NCBI RefSeq assembly: GCF_963921235.1
Contig: NC_086108.1
Span: 25,544,001 to 25,608,000, forward strand
Length of the DNA stretch: 64,000 bases
Origin: Mobula hypostoma
Lineage: Eukaryota
Reading direction: 5' to 3'
Shown here piece after piece: positions 51,201 through 64,000 of the stretch. The translations under genes and the position numbers were made by a program. The first letter of the stretch is position 1. Every line of letters starts with the position of its first letter. The notes beneath the pieces are model-generated. The model saw only the letters and a program-made list of their open reading frames with translations. It was not told where the DNA came from and made no database searches.

Positions 51201-54200
51201 TCTGGCGGACTAAGTGAAGTTTTATCAGAAGTCATATTCCAATATGAGTTTAATAATCTACATATTTTTCAATCTATTCAACAAAGGTTTAATTTGTCAT
51301 GTCATTGTTCGTGGTAAACAGATTCTGTTACAAATGAACATAACCCCAAGAATCTCTGCCCACACCAGATATTGCAAAAATAATAATAACATTAAGACAG
51401 TTCTAAACTGCTTATGGAGTTCAGCTGATTATATTTGCAATGAATGCAATTCCTGCAGGCTGAGTGAATCATTCTCCTCCATTAACAGCAGCATATTGCT
51501 GGTTGAGTTGTAGAGTTAAATAAACATTGAACACACTGTGCCTGAACAATTTTCAAATTTTAAACTGCTCATACCTTTCAATTCAAAATTTAATCCAAAC
51601 CTACTTAATAATTCACATTTAGTTCAGAAGTTTGTTTCATATATAACTCACTTTTGGAATTTTGATATTTGCATTCATTTATATTTTTGGTGCAACAAAT
51701 GCTTAGAAGGTACAATCAAGAAGTACAAAATGAATGGAGAATTTGGCTGAAGGAGCCTTGAGTTGGTCATTCTCAGACAGATGTTTATCCGTTTCTTGTT
51801 CTCCTTTTTTTGTTCCATTGTTGCTCCAGAATAACAGGGCAGTGTGATTATGAAGATCAACAAACAAACTGCTGCAGGGTTTCAACTAGAAATTTCAACA
51901 TTTCTTTTCCCGCATAGATACTGCCCAACCTACTGAGTTGCTCCAGATTCCAGCATCTGCAGATTTATGGGGATGTTTCCTTTCTAGTGGACAATGAAAA
52001 ACTTTGAGTCCCATCACTGAACTCTTCAAAAACGCAGAACACAGAGTAATGGGTGCCTTTGTTCCATGATATTTAGGTTGACCATGATACCAATCCAAAC
52101 TAGTGCCATTGCCAGCACATGGTGTATATTCCCTGCCTGGTCATGTACCTGCCTAACTGTCTCTTAAACATTGCTATGGTGTAGGCTTCTGCAGTTCCCC
52201 TAGCAGTGCATTCCAGGCATCCTTACTTGTCACAATCATGGACTCTGCTGTGTGTCTACGTGCCCCCACAGGCGGACGACACAACAGGTTCAGCAATTGT
52301 GCTTGTGATTATGCATGTCCCAGCTAATTGCTGTTATGGCAGTATTTAACTCCCTTCGTTTCATTGTAGTCTTGTCCAGACTTGACCCAAAGCACAGCAA
52401 TGTTACATTCCATGCTTACCCTTGTCCTTGTCCAGGAAAGTGGACAACTGTTTCAACTGATGCTGGAAAGAAGTGATATTAATTTAGTATTTAGGTATTT
52501 TTTTTAGCCACGGTGTGGCATTTAACTTTCAGTTAGAGAGTTTCAGTTAATGACCTTGTTGGCTTAGCATTTATCGTTTTCTTTTTCTTTTAACCTCTGC
52601 AAAAGTTTTCATTATAGTCAGTGAAATATTGACCCTCTTCAATGTCTCTCTCCGCACTTGGGCCATATCTGAATGTGTTTACAAAATCTTGACTTTCAAA
52701 TCTCCTATAATTTTTTTCTCTGCGCATTTGAAAGTTACGCCCTTTAGTATGAGAAATTTAACCCCTGGGAAAAGACTCATGCCATTCACCCTATCTATGC
52801 GCTACTCCTCCAGAACGGTCCTGTCATGGTGTGCGCTGGCAACGACTGAACCCAGGTGTGGAGAAACAGCATATAGAGATGGAAACGCGTTTAAACACAG
52901 GAATACCAACAGAACATCAGTGGCATAACCTCGTAATACCATGAGCCGAATCATTCTCAACACAAGGACCCACAATGAGCGCTCATTGGGAGTCTGCTTC
53001 AAGTAATCGCAGAATGTGGAAAACCCATGCCAGTCACAATTAACTTGACAAGATTAAACAGAATGACTCTCGTTAAGATAACAATTAGTAAATACAGTTG
53101 CTCAAGGAAATTTAGAAGCCCAATGTTCTATGGCTTGCTGCAGAGCTCATGACAGATCTAGATGCTAGGATCAATACCTGAGTAACACAGTGGCTTGTTG
53201 CCTTGGATTGCAGATCACGGCATGGCTCTCATTAAATGTATGTTGCCCTTATACCTCAAAATCATAATTATTCTGCCTGCACCACACTTTTATTTGAAGA
53301 ATAGGGACAATGACAGATAGCACAGCAGGGTGTCATATCTGAAGGATAATCACAACTGCCAGGATACTAGTTCAATGCTCTGTGTATGATTCCATATCAA
53401 CTGGATACTAAGGAAGTGAATACGTCATGGTACATCTCCAAATTTGCACTATCAATACAGTCAATACTCAGCAAATCAGGAAGCCTGTTCCAATGAAGCC
53501 ACATGTCTGTTATGTCTACTGTACTATGTCAAGATGTTCACTCCTCAGAGAGGCTTTGCTCCCAACAACATTGTGTGGTGAACTATAATAATAATTGCAA
53601 ATATTGTATCACGAACTCCAGGCTGGAAGGATGGAAGGATCTCAGTTCACAAAGGATGATGGTAACCATGGCATTAACAAAGAGTGACAAAGTAGCTTTC
53701 ACAATATTTTGTGACTGGATGCCATGGTACAACTTATTGAGAGCATCGTTATCCAATTTAAGGGCATAGAGAATTATTCCTGGTGGACATAGTTTCCTGC
53801 TAAAAAGTCTTCCTCTTTCCTACCTGAGTATGCTGTCTTATAATTGCAGAAACTCTAAAGTCAGGACACAAGATTTAGAAGCAGGAACAGACCAACTGGC
53901 CTGTCACGTTTCTCTGTACACTGCCCTCAACTCCCCTTGAGACCATTCAGTAAGACAATCAATGTAACCTATGTATGCATGTGATACCAGTTTCAGAGCA
54001 AAAACTGTTACCAGCAGAGCACAATCAGATGACAGATGAATTCATCAGGAATCCTCTTAAGCAGGGTTAACTGTGGGAATTAAGGTGTTGGTGTAATTGT
54101 TTCCCTGCTCTTCCACAGACACCATTATTTACAGTCTTCCACAGTTAAATCCTCAGAAATCTATTATCTGCAAAGAAGATTCATTATTTAAAACTTATTC

Positions 54201-55389
54201 TTCCTGCAGAAAAAATTACTGTGATGCATGTTATGTTCTTTAAGTTCTAAAAATTTATACATAAATCATTGTTGAACTATTTATTTCAATTTTTCACTTT
54301 AAGTGTGTGATCCAGTTATTCAGCATTCAGTTATAAAACAGTACTGAAACTTTGTTCCTTGCTTTCTGTGTGAGAATATTTCAATATTTCTTTAGTGATG
54401 ACTGCTGGCATCTACCGATACCCACAGAGGTCATGAAAGATAACAGAATTTGTAGGTCGCTATCTTCAATGGTTGTGTTATCACTGAATCCCAAAATCTA
54501 GTCCATTCTGCCACACTGGGTTTACAGCCATTAATCTCAACAAACTATAGAAAATTACATTGGTTCATATTCCACAGTGCAATAATATTTCAACTATGTT
54601 AAATGAGTAACTGATAACAATAATAAGCATGTGAGCTATGGCACCCTGTCTTATGATTGAAGAAGAATAGTGAAAGATCATACAGCAATTACTTATTTAG
54701 AATAAATAAACTTCAGATCTACTGATGACCTAAGTATTCTTAACAGAGGACAATTTCAACTCGATTAATGAATGGATTTTCACATCCATTGCTCATCAAT
54801 TCAACCACTATAAACACTAATTAGATCATTGCAGTTAAATCACTTTGTGTTTTAATGTTATTTTGCAAAGCAGTAAGATAATATTGCAAACAATTTAATA
54901 ATGCTGTTGAATTGCATCCCCTTGTGTTTTGAAAGTAATTTATATTTCCTAATTATTTAATAAGTGAGATTGATTCCAGCATCAATATCAAGAATCCAAT
55001 CCTTTTAACTTTAATTCTTCTCTCATATTACTGTTTCAATAAACTTGTCCAACCTGCTGAAAATTGAAAAGCCATTTCTGTTTAAAATAAATGAACTATA
55101 TAATGGAGAGAAAAAAAGCAAAGAATGACAAAGATTCTGTGGTTCCTTATTAACAAATTGCTCAACATAGAATTGAACTCTTAACTATTAAAGCAAAACC
55201 GTTGACACCGAAGGGGAATTATTCTATTTCTATTGACTAAATCCATTCTGTTACACACCTGAGTTGCAATGGAGCCATGGTCTGTCATATTGCTGCTTGG
55301 CTATTGTTTAGATAGGGAATTTGCTAGTGTGAGGATTCCTATCTAGTTGATCTAAACAAAACTTTTAATTTCCCAAATAGTGATGGCAT

Positions 55390-58300
55390 GCCCCTAGAGC
55401 GAGGGGTTTAGATGGGGTGGAGTTTGTTAGGTGTGTTCAGGAAGGTTTCCTGACACAATATGTAGATAAGCCTACAAGAGGAGAGGCTGTACTTAATCTG
55501 ATATTGGGAAATGAACCTGGTCAGGTGTCAGGTCTCTCAGTGGCAGAGCATTTTGGAGATAGGTGATCACAATTCTGTCTCCCTTACCATAGCATTGAAG
55601 AGGGATAAGAATAGACAAGTTAGGAAAGCATGTAATTGGAGTAAGGGGAAAAATGAAGCTATCAGGCAGGAACTTGGAAGCATAAATTAGGAGCTGATGT
55701 TCTCAGGGAAGTGTATGGCAGAAATGTGGCAAATGTTCAGGGGATATTTGTGTGGTATTCCAATGAGACAGGGAAAGGATGGTAGGGTACGGGAACCCTG
55801 GTGTACAAAGGCTGTTGCAAATCTAGTCAAGAAGAAAAGAAAAGCTTAAGTAAGGTTCAAAAAACTAGATAATGATAGAGATCTAGAAGAAGGATAGCAG
55901 GAAGGATCTTAAGAATGAAATTGGGAGAGCCAGAAGGGGCCACGAGAAGGCCTTAGTGAGCAGGATTAAGGAAAACCCTAAGGCATTCTACAAGTATCAG
56001 AAGAGCAAGAGGACAAGACATGAGAGAATAGGACCAATCAAGTGTGACAGTGGAAAAGTGTGTACGGAACCAAAGGAGATAGCAGAGATACTTAATGAAT
56101 GCTTTAATTCAGTGTTCACTACGGAAAAGGATCTTGACAGTTGTAAGGATGACTTACAGCAGATTGAAATGCTTGAGCGTATAGACATTAAGAAAGAGGA
56201 TGTGCTGGAGGTTTTGGAAAACATTAAGTTGGATAAAGGTCTCCGGAACTGGATAAGATGTACCCCAGGCTACTGTTAGAGATGATGGAGGAGATTGCTG
56301 AGCCTCTGGCAATGATCTTTGCATGATCAATGGGGATAGGAGGAGTTCTGGAGGATTGGAGGGTTGCAGATGTTGTTCCCTTATTCAAGAAAGGAAGTAG
56401 AACTTACCCAGGAAATTATAGACTTAGTGAGTCTTATTTCGGTGGTTGGTAAGTTGATGGAAAAGATCCTGACAGGCAGGATTTATAAACATTTGGAGGG
56501 GCATAGTATGGTTAGGAATAGTCAGCATGGCTTTGTAAAGACAGGTCGTGCCTTACAAGCCTGATTGAAATATTTGAGGATATGAGTAAACACATTGATG
56601 AAGGTAGAGCGGTAGATGTAGTGTATATGGATTATGCAAGGCATTTGACAAGGTACACCATGCAAGGCTTATTGAGAAAGTAAGGAGGCATAGGATCCAA
56701 GGGGATCCAGAATTGGCTTGCTCACAGAAGGCAAAAAGTGGTTGTAGACGGGCCATATTCTGTATGGAGGACAGTGACGACCTGGATGCGGAAGTGGAGG
56801 GATAAGTTAGTAAACTTGCTGATGATACAAATGTTGGAGGTGTTGTGGATAGTGTGGAGGGCTGTCAGAGGTTACAGTGGGATATTAATAGGATGCAAAA
56901 CTGGGCTGAGAAATGGCAGATGGAGTTCAATTCAGGTAAGTGTGAGGTGGTTCATTTTGGTAGGTCAAATATGATGGCAGAATATAGCATTAATGGCAAG
57001 ACTCTTGGCAGTGTGGAGGATCAGAGGGATCTTGGGGACCGAGTCCATATGACACTCAAAGATGCTGCGCAGGTTGACTCTGTGGTTAAGAAGCCATACG
57101 GTGCATTGGCCTTCATCAACCGTGGGATTGAGTTTAAGAGCCAAGAGGTAATGTTACAGCTATATAGGACCCAGATCACACCCCACTTGGAGTACTGTGC
57201 TCAGTTCTGGTCATCTCACTACAGGAAGGATATGGAAACCATAGAAAGGGTGCAGGGGACATTTACAAGGATGTTGCCTGGACTGGAGAGCATGCCTTAT
57301 GAGAATAGGTTGAGTGAACTTGGCCTTTTCTCCTTGGAGCGGCGGAGGATGAGAGGTGAATTGATAGAGGTGTATAAGATGATGAGAGGCATTGATCGTG
57401 TAGATAGTCAGAGGCTTTCTCCCAGGGCTGAGATGGTTAACACGAGAGGGCACAATTTTAAGGTGCTTGGAGGCAGGTAGAGGGGGGATGTGAGGGGTAA
57501 ATTTAGATTATTAGATTAGATTATGAGGACACACAGACCTCTTTTATTGTCATTTAGTAATGCATGCATTAAGAAATGATACAATGTTCCTCCAGAATGA
57601 TATCACAGAAACACAAGATAAACCAAGACTAAAAAAACTGACAAGACCTACGTAATTATAACATATAGTTACAACAGTGCAAAGCAATGCTATAATTTGA
57701 TAAAGAACAGACCATGGGCACGGTAAAAAAAAGTCTCAAAGTCTCTCGAAAGTCCCATCATCTCACACAGACGGTAGAAGGAAGAGAAACTCTCTCCCTG
57801 TCATGAACCTCCAGCGCTGTAAACTTGCCGATGCAGCACCCTAGAAGCACCCAACCACAGCCGACTCTTAAATCCGTCCGAAAACTTCAAGCCTCCGACC
57901 AGCCCTCCAACACCGAGCACCGAGCACCATCTCTGCCGAGCACTTCGACCCCAGCCCCGGCAACAGGCAATAGGCAAAGCTGAGGATTTGGGGCCCTCCC
58001 CTCCAGAGATTCTCAATCACACAGTAGCAACGGCAGCGAAGCAGGCATTTCAGAAGTTTCTCCAGATGTTCCTCCATGCTTCTCACGTCCGTCTCCATCA
58101 AATCAGGATTGTGCACAGTACCTACTTAACAAATACGATATCATTTCGGAGTGGCCACGTGCACTGCGTCGCATGGCCATCTTCTCCTCCCCACCTGCAG
58201 GAGGTGGTGAGTGCATGGAATGGGCTGCAGGCAACGGTGGTGGAGGCGGATATGATAGGGTCTTTTACGAGACTCCTGGATGGGTACATGGAGCTTAGCA

Positions 58301-58418
58301 AAATAGAAGTCTATAGGTAACCCTCGGTAATTTCTAAGATAAATACATGTTCAGCACAGCATTGTGGGCTGAAGGGCCTGTATTGTGCTTTAGGTTTTCC
58401 ATGTTTCTATGTTTCTAA
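55390..58418 (+). mobile_element. Long degenerate CR1 LINE (APE C-terminus to 3' tail), interrupted at 57503-58190
   Basis: FLTQYVDKPTRGEAVLNL, IKENPKAFYKY, SQHGFVK, ADDT, WQMEFN, PHLEYCAQFW; ...TTTCCATGTTTCTATGTTTCTA tail. Confidence 0.93.
57503..58190 (-). mobile_element. Non-autonomous retroelement with (TAATC)n tail (copy 2, longer)
   Basis: Reverse complement of 24599-25134 with an extra internal segment; inserted in CR1. Confidence 0.8.
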
Positions 58419-58449
58419 AAAGGATCTGGTGATTTCCCGGCATATATGA

Positions 58450-58529
58450 TGAATAACCTCTTCTTGGGGTCCAGCCAGTCACAGGATTGTTACCTGTACC
58501 TGACTGGAAGCCCAAGAAGAGTTTATTCA
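58450..58529. repeat. 80-bp imperfect inverted repeat (hairpin)
   Basis: TGAATAACCTCTTCTTGGG...ACAGG-loop-CCTGT...CCCAAGAAGAGTTTATTCA. Confidence 0.8.
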
Positions 58530-58985
58530 AAAACTTAAAGACATTGAAACAAGAATTGGCCAACAAACCCTTCAAACCTATTCTTTAATGAGATTGTGGC
58601 TGATCTGATATGTTGTCTCAATTCTGTCTTCTTGCCTGATCCTAACAACTCTTCATCCCCTGTGCTTCGAAATTTTATCCTACGCCTGAGTGTTTATCTG
58701 TGGGTTAAAAAAAAAACAGGAGCTTGAGTGGGTTGCCAAGGCTTGTCTCAAAGCTATCAGGAAATCAAGGGTCACATGCAGAAGTCCCAAATTGCTCTGA
58801 AGTGATGTCACTGTTGGTCCAACTGCATTCTGATATTTGACTATGGTTGTGGAGCAGAAGTTTTTATTCTTTCCTCTTGCAGAAGATACACCCATTCAGC
58901 CTCTCCCAAGTTAAACTGACTGCGGCTTCAGAAACATCATTCACTTTGGTGGAGAGGAACAGCTATGAAGGAGATAGATACTGGG

Positions 58986-58987
<2 letters not shown>

Positions 58988-59016
<29 letters not shown>
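58988..59016. repeat. (CA)n microsatellite
   Basis: Directly visible. Confidence 0.95.
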
Positions 59017-59019
<3 letters not shown>

Positions 59020-60034
59020 ATATGTCTAGGGACATGGCTTAACTGGACGTCAAAGATGCCATCATCAATCTTTTATCTGGCTCCTCCAGCTGACCATCAT
59101 CTTCCTCCTCACGCTAACACCACCTATACCTATCAATCTGCCTCTCACCCTCCCTCTCATGTTTCATGATTGGCTAACTTCTCTCACAGTCTCAGTCCTG
59201 AAGCAATGTCTCAGCCTAAAATGTTAACTATCCCTTTGCTTTTGCAGATGCTACCTGGCCTGCTGATTTTCTCTGCTTTATCTTTCAAGATTTTCCTTAT
59301 GAAGTATTTTGAACCAAAATAATAACTGTTTATTCTTTTCCATAGATGATGACTTACTTGCTGCGTTCCTCCAGCATTTTGTGTGTGTGTTCTTCTGACA
59401 TTAACTGGGATTCTAGAAAGGTTTTGAGAATAAAGGGAACATACCATCCTTTTTTTTGCCTTAACTTTTTGACTGGTTCATTTCTTTATACTTTAACAGG
59501 CAGAAATATTCTATAACATCTTATTTATCACTCTATTTGTAAAAGTCAATTTTAAAATGCTTCAGCTTACAAGATTTTCAAACGGACAAGCTGTCAAAAC
59601 ATTTTGAAACCATCAGAATCTTTAAAACAAATAGATTTTCCAGCCAATAAATTGCTTGAAATGAGAACAATGACAAAATTATAGCTGATATAGTTATTAA
59701 TGTACTAGTGCTGGCCTTCCCTGTGGCGACAGTGAATCATGCAGTCATCAATTCAATATAAATACATTCTTCCACAATGCTGCCAATTATTGTGTTTATA
59801 AACTATTGACACTTGCAGTCTGGAAGAATATTGTTGCGCAAAGTTTAAATGCCTTTAGCCTTCAGCTGTTTATAATTTCCCCTGATGCTTTCCTGCACTT
59901 ATTAAATAGAAACCATTGCACTCTGGCTACAAATGGTCATTGCAACAACCTTAGAAATATTATTGACAAAGATTCAGCCAGGCAGTGATCTAAATAGGTA
60001 AATAGTTGCGGGGGGGGGGGAGGGGGTGGGGGGA

Positions 60035-60293
60035 GGCACTGTAGCATTGTGGTTAGCACAATACTTTACAGTACCAGTGACCCGGGTTCATTTCCCACTG
60101 TTGTACGCTCTCCCCATGATTTCGTCCGGGTGCTCCAGTTTCTTCCACAGTCCACAGATGTACCGGCTGGTAGGTTAATTGGTCATTGTAAATTGTCCTG
60201 TGATTAGGCTAGGGTTAGATCAGGAGTTGCTGCTGGGTGGTATGGCTCCAAGGGCCTATTCTGTGCTATATCTCAGTAAATAAATAAATAAAA
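60035..60293 (+). mobile_element. V-SINE preceded by a G-run
   Basis: GTGGTTAGCAC...CCCGGGTTCATTTCCC (A/B-box-like), V-domain, (TAAA)n tail. Confidence 0.85.
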
Positions 60294-60724
60294 TTGAATC
60301 TGCTATCCTTCATAATCATCCATTGACAGCAGGCAAAATGCGTAGCCAATCCAGTGACATTTGTTTATCTCCACTGCACAGGTAATTCCTGTCACCAGTG
60401 CTTAATGGGTATTGGAGTGTCAATATCATGTAATATTCTTGCCAGTACAAGCAAACAATGGGAAGGGAATGTTGCAGGTGACTGGTAATCAGACCCTGGA
60501 GGCACAAGGTAAATTTCTGACCTTCTTACTTTCTCTGTTTGACTGAAACCAATTGTGTCATCTGGAAGGACTCCTCAGAGAATGCACAATAGCATGTGCC
60601 TATCTTGATTTCTGCTGCTGAAGAAAAGAGGTAGTTGGCAATGCACCACCTGTTCGGCAACTGCCCCACATCCAAGAAAGTAAGCTTTTTGGTTCAGTGG
60701 AACATGCAGAGCTGCTCAAGGCAC

Positions 60725-60852
60725 AAGAGATTCTGCAGATGCAGGAACTCTTACACAACACACACAAAATGCTGGAGGAACTCAGCAAATCAGGCAGCAT
60801 ATATGGAGGGAAATAAACAGTCAATGTTTTGGGCCAAAACCTTTCATCAGTT
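60725..60852 (-). mobile_element. Penelope pLTR-derived short repeat with mutated hammerhead
   Basis: Minus strand CTGATGAAAGGTTTTGGCCCAAAACATTGACTG. Confidence 0.7.
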
Positions 60853-61028
60853 GGCCAGGAATTAATTCACCTCACTTCTATAGTGGCAAGTAAGCTGTAA
60901 TGTATTGTATGAGTATTCGAGCGTCAGAGTGCGTATGATGTCAGAACGTAGAGAGGTAAAAATGGAAGTCTGTTGAATAAACATGGTTGTTCAAACTACA
61001 GCGGTGTCCGTGTCACATCAATATTACA

Positions 61029-61040
61029 TGGTGTCAGAAG
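61029..61040 (+). other. Primer binding site, probably complementary to a tRNA-Leu 3' end
   Basis: TGGTGTCAGAAG immediately after the LTR terminal CA. Confidence 0.75.
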
Positions 61041-61081
61041 AAATCACGAGAAAGAAAAAAGGAAGAGAAGACACGTAAAAG

Positions 61082-62089
61082 ATGTCACAGTTACAGCCAG
61101 CGTCAGGTTTAAGCCTACAAGGTAATCCTGCTGAGAACTGGAAAATATGGATCCAGAAGTTTGAGCTGTTTTGCACCGCTACCAGCGTAGCTGAAAAGAC
61201 GGAGAAAGTGCAATGTGCTACGTTTCTGCATGTGGCGGGAGAAGAGGCAATAAAAGTTTGCAACACTTTTGTCTTCCAAGATGATGAGCAAGATAAAATT
61301 GCAGTGTTGAAGAAAAAGGTTCAGGATTACAGCGAACCAAGAAAAAACTTACCATATATCCGACATATGTTTCTCACGAGGGCTCAAGGACCAACAGAGA
61401 CCATAGACGCCTATGTAACAAATTTGAAGAACAAGGCAAAACACTGTGAGTTCAGACAGCTGCATGACTCTTCCATACATGACAGAATTGTATGCGGCAT
61501 AGGAGATGATCAAGTGAGAGGCAGGCTATCAAGAGAGGTGGATCTTATATTAGAAAAGGCAATTGATGTTTGCCGTGCCAGCGAGATCACGTCAAGTCAG
61601 GTTAAAGTGCTCAATGAAGAGATTGAAGTGCACAAAATAAAAACTGTGAAAACTGACAAGAGTATGACAAAGCCAGCTCCACAGGATGATCAAAAGGAAG
61701 TTAACTGCAACAGATATGGTTATAAACATGGATACAGAAAATGTCCAGCCTTTGGTCAGACATGCAAAGTATGCCAGAAAAGAAATCACTTTGCAAAGAT
61801 GTGCAAATCGAAGGAGCACACAAGGAAAATGCATGCTGTGGAACAGAGTGAGGGCAACAGTGACATGTTCATTGGCACAGTTGAAGTGGAACAGGAGGGA
61901 TGCATCAAGAATATTGACAATGCAGAGATGGAGGATGAAGATGATTGGACTCAAGATCTGATAATAAACAGGAGGAATGTGACATTTAAGCTTGACACTG
62001 GGGCAAAGTGCAACGTAATGTCAGCAGAAACGTTCAACTCACTGGACATCAGAGGAAGCTCCTGGAGAGAGCATGTGAGTACAACCTAA
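61082..62089 (+). pseudogene. Gypsy gag-protease ORF (335 aa), open until the deletion junction
   Basis: GNPAENWKIW...CKVCQKRNHFAKMC (CCHC)...FKLDTGAKCNV. Confidence 0.85.
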
Positions 62090-64000
62090 AACTGAACAAA
62101 AGTAAATGTAGGATTAGAACTACAGAGATCAAATACATAGGTCATGTACTCATTGCTGATGGGCTAAAACCAGATGATGAAAAGGCCAGAGCTGTGGTAC
62201 AGCTACCACCACTCGAAGACAAGCAAGAACTATTGAGGTTCATGGGCATGATACAGTATCTTGCTAAATTCATACCCAACTTATCAGAGGTCAGCGCTCC
62301 ACTCTGAAAGCTACTAGAGAGCTACACTGAATGGCATTGGGAAGACGAACAGAAGAAAAGTTTTGACACATTGAAGCAGTTGGTTACCAATGCACCAGCA
62401 CTCAAGTTCTATGATGTCAATAAACCGGTGATGATGTCTGTGGATGCCAGTTCGGAGGGAATAGGAGCTGTTATACTGCAGAATGGGAGGCTTGCTGTGT
62501 ATGGATCACGAGCACTTACGGACTGTCAATGCCGATATGCTTAAATCGAGAAGGAATTACTCGCCATAGTTTATGGGTGTGAGAAGTTCCACCAATATGT
62601 ATATGGCAAAGAAATCCAGGTTGAGAGTGATCACAAACCACTTGAGAGCATCTTCAAAAAGCCACTCCACCAAGTCCCTATGAGGCTGCAAAGGATGCTT
62701 CTCACACGACAGCGGTACACTCTCACAGTCACCTACAAGCCAGGAAGAGAACTGTACATCGCTGATGCTTTGAGCCATGCTTACCTCAAAGAGCAAAAGG
62801 AAGAGTTGCTAAGAAGAGAGCTGGAGGTCAACTGGGTTACACCTCAGCTCCCATCTCTGAGGAGAAGTTGAACATGACTGCAGATGATCCTGAAATGCAA
62901 ATGCTAAGAGACATTACAATGAATGGATGGCCAACAGAAAGAAAAGATGTTCCAAAGGAAATGCAGAAATACTGGACATTTAAAGAGGAAATCAGCTATG
63001 CATCAGGATTAATGTTCAAAATGGCAAAACTCATCGTTCCAAAACAAATGAGACAGGACGTGCTCAACAGAATTCATGAGTCACACCTGGGGATAGTGAA
63101 ATGTAAAGAAAGAGCAAGAGACATTCTCTATTGGCCAGGCATGTCAACTCAGATAGAAGACATTGTGTCTCAGTGCACTGTCTGTAATGGAAACAAAAAC
63201 AGCAATCCAAGAGAGCCTCTGCTTCCTCACCCACTACCAGGAAGACCATGGGAAAAGATTGGCACAGATCTATTTCACTACAATGGTGAGAATATCTGCT
63301 TTGTGTGGACTACTATTCAAAATATCCGGAGATCAGCAAGTTAAGTGACACGTCCAATCGAGGTGTCATTACCAAAATGAAGTTGACATTCACAAGACAT
63401 GATATTCCAGACATTGTCGTTAGTGACAATGGTCCACAATATGCCAGTGGTTAGTTCAGAGGGTTCTCAGAAAGCTGGGAATTTCAACATGTTATTTCCA
63501 GTCCAGGGCACGCTCAGTCTAATGGACAAGCAGAGAGAACTGTACAAACTGTCAAGAACATGCTCAAGAAGGCACAAAGCAGCAACGGTGACCCTTACAT
63601 TGCTCTGCTTGAATACCGTAACACATCGATTGAGGGTGTGGGGTTCTCTCCTGCGCAGCTGTTGATGGGACGTCATCTGAAGTCCAAACTGCCAACATCC
63701 ACAACTCTACTGACTCCTGAAGGTAATGCTTACATGACAAGCAAAAGTTCAAGCAAATAAAGCAAACGAGCTACTATGACAGACATACAAGACAGTTGCC
63801 CGATCTGCATACAGGTGAAAATGGCAGAATACAGAGAGGAGACTCTTGGCAACCAGCTGTGGTTGTGAACAGACAGCAGCAACCAAGATCCTTCACAGTT
63901 CGCACGCCAGATGGAAGAGTTTACAGGAGGAACAGGAAGTATCTGCTGAAGACAGGCGAGAGGGAGTTTCCACGTACAGGTGCACAGGACATTTCCACAT

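Larger units (their letters stand above)
60896..64000 (+). mobile_element. Ty3/Gypsy LTR retrotransposon with short LTR and RT deletion; runs off the window end
   Basis: 133-bp LTR TGTAAT...ATTACA (60896-61028), PBS TGGTGTCAGAAG, gag with Zn knuckles, protease KLDTGA, RNase H (VDASS, SDHKPL), integrase (HESHLG, GTDLF, SDNGPQ, SNGQAER). Confidence 0.95.

Noticed and set aside
52228..52683. Possible solo LTR (TGTCAC...TTTACA)
   Set aside because: No TSD and poor terminal match; left uncalled.
60035..60100. tRNA gene
   Set aside because: tRNA-derived SINE head fused to a V-domain; no cloverleaf.
1..64000. Neighbouring ASTN1 exons (...LENGTLLFHIH...HISVM and SDNAKLSLMNKYKDN...) and miR-488
   Set aside because: Not found by eye; they probably lie outside the window, and miR-488 is mammalian. 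A tBLASTn with ASTN1 would settle it.

Overview
Eukaryotic, intron-dominated vertebrate DNA. The repeat landscape (HE1/V-SINE-type SINEs, CR1 LINEs with (CTATGTTT)n-type tails, Rex1/Babar, Penelope, HERO) points to a cartilaginous fish, probably a ray or skate (inference). The only host coding sequence I can support is one 394-nt internal exon of astrotactin-1 (ASTN1) on the minus strand (13598-13991, encoding TM1 and the following loop). The rest is flanking intron packed with transposon remains: three Ty3/Gypsy elements, a solo LTR with a TSD, many CR1 and Rex1 LINE fragments, a HERO-type RLE retrotransposon, Penelope elements with hammerhead ribozyme motifs, RTE-derived non-autonomous elements (one with an HDV/CPEB3-like motif), and hAT, Tc1 and Tigger DNA transposons. 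The best leads are: a near-identical inverted CR1 pair bracketing the exon (possible circRNA or editing substrate), an intact minimal hammerhead core, an HDV-like ribozyme remnant in ASTN1-sense orientation, a structured HERO 3' UTR, and a perfect RFX X-box in unique intronic DNA. All identities were estimated by eye, and repeat boundaries are approximate unless a TSD or terminal motif is quoted.
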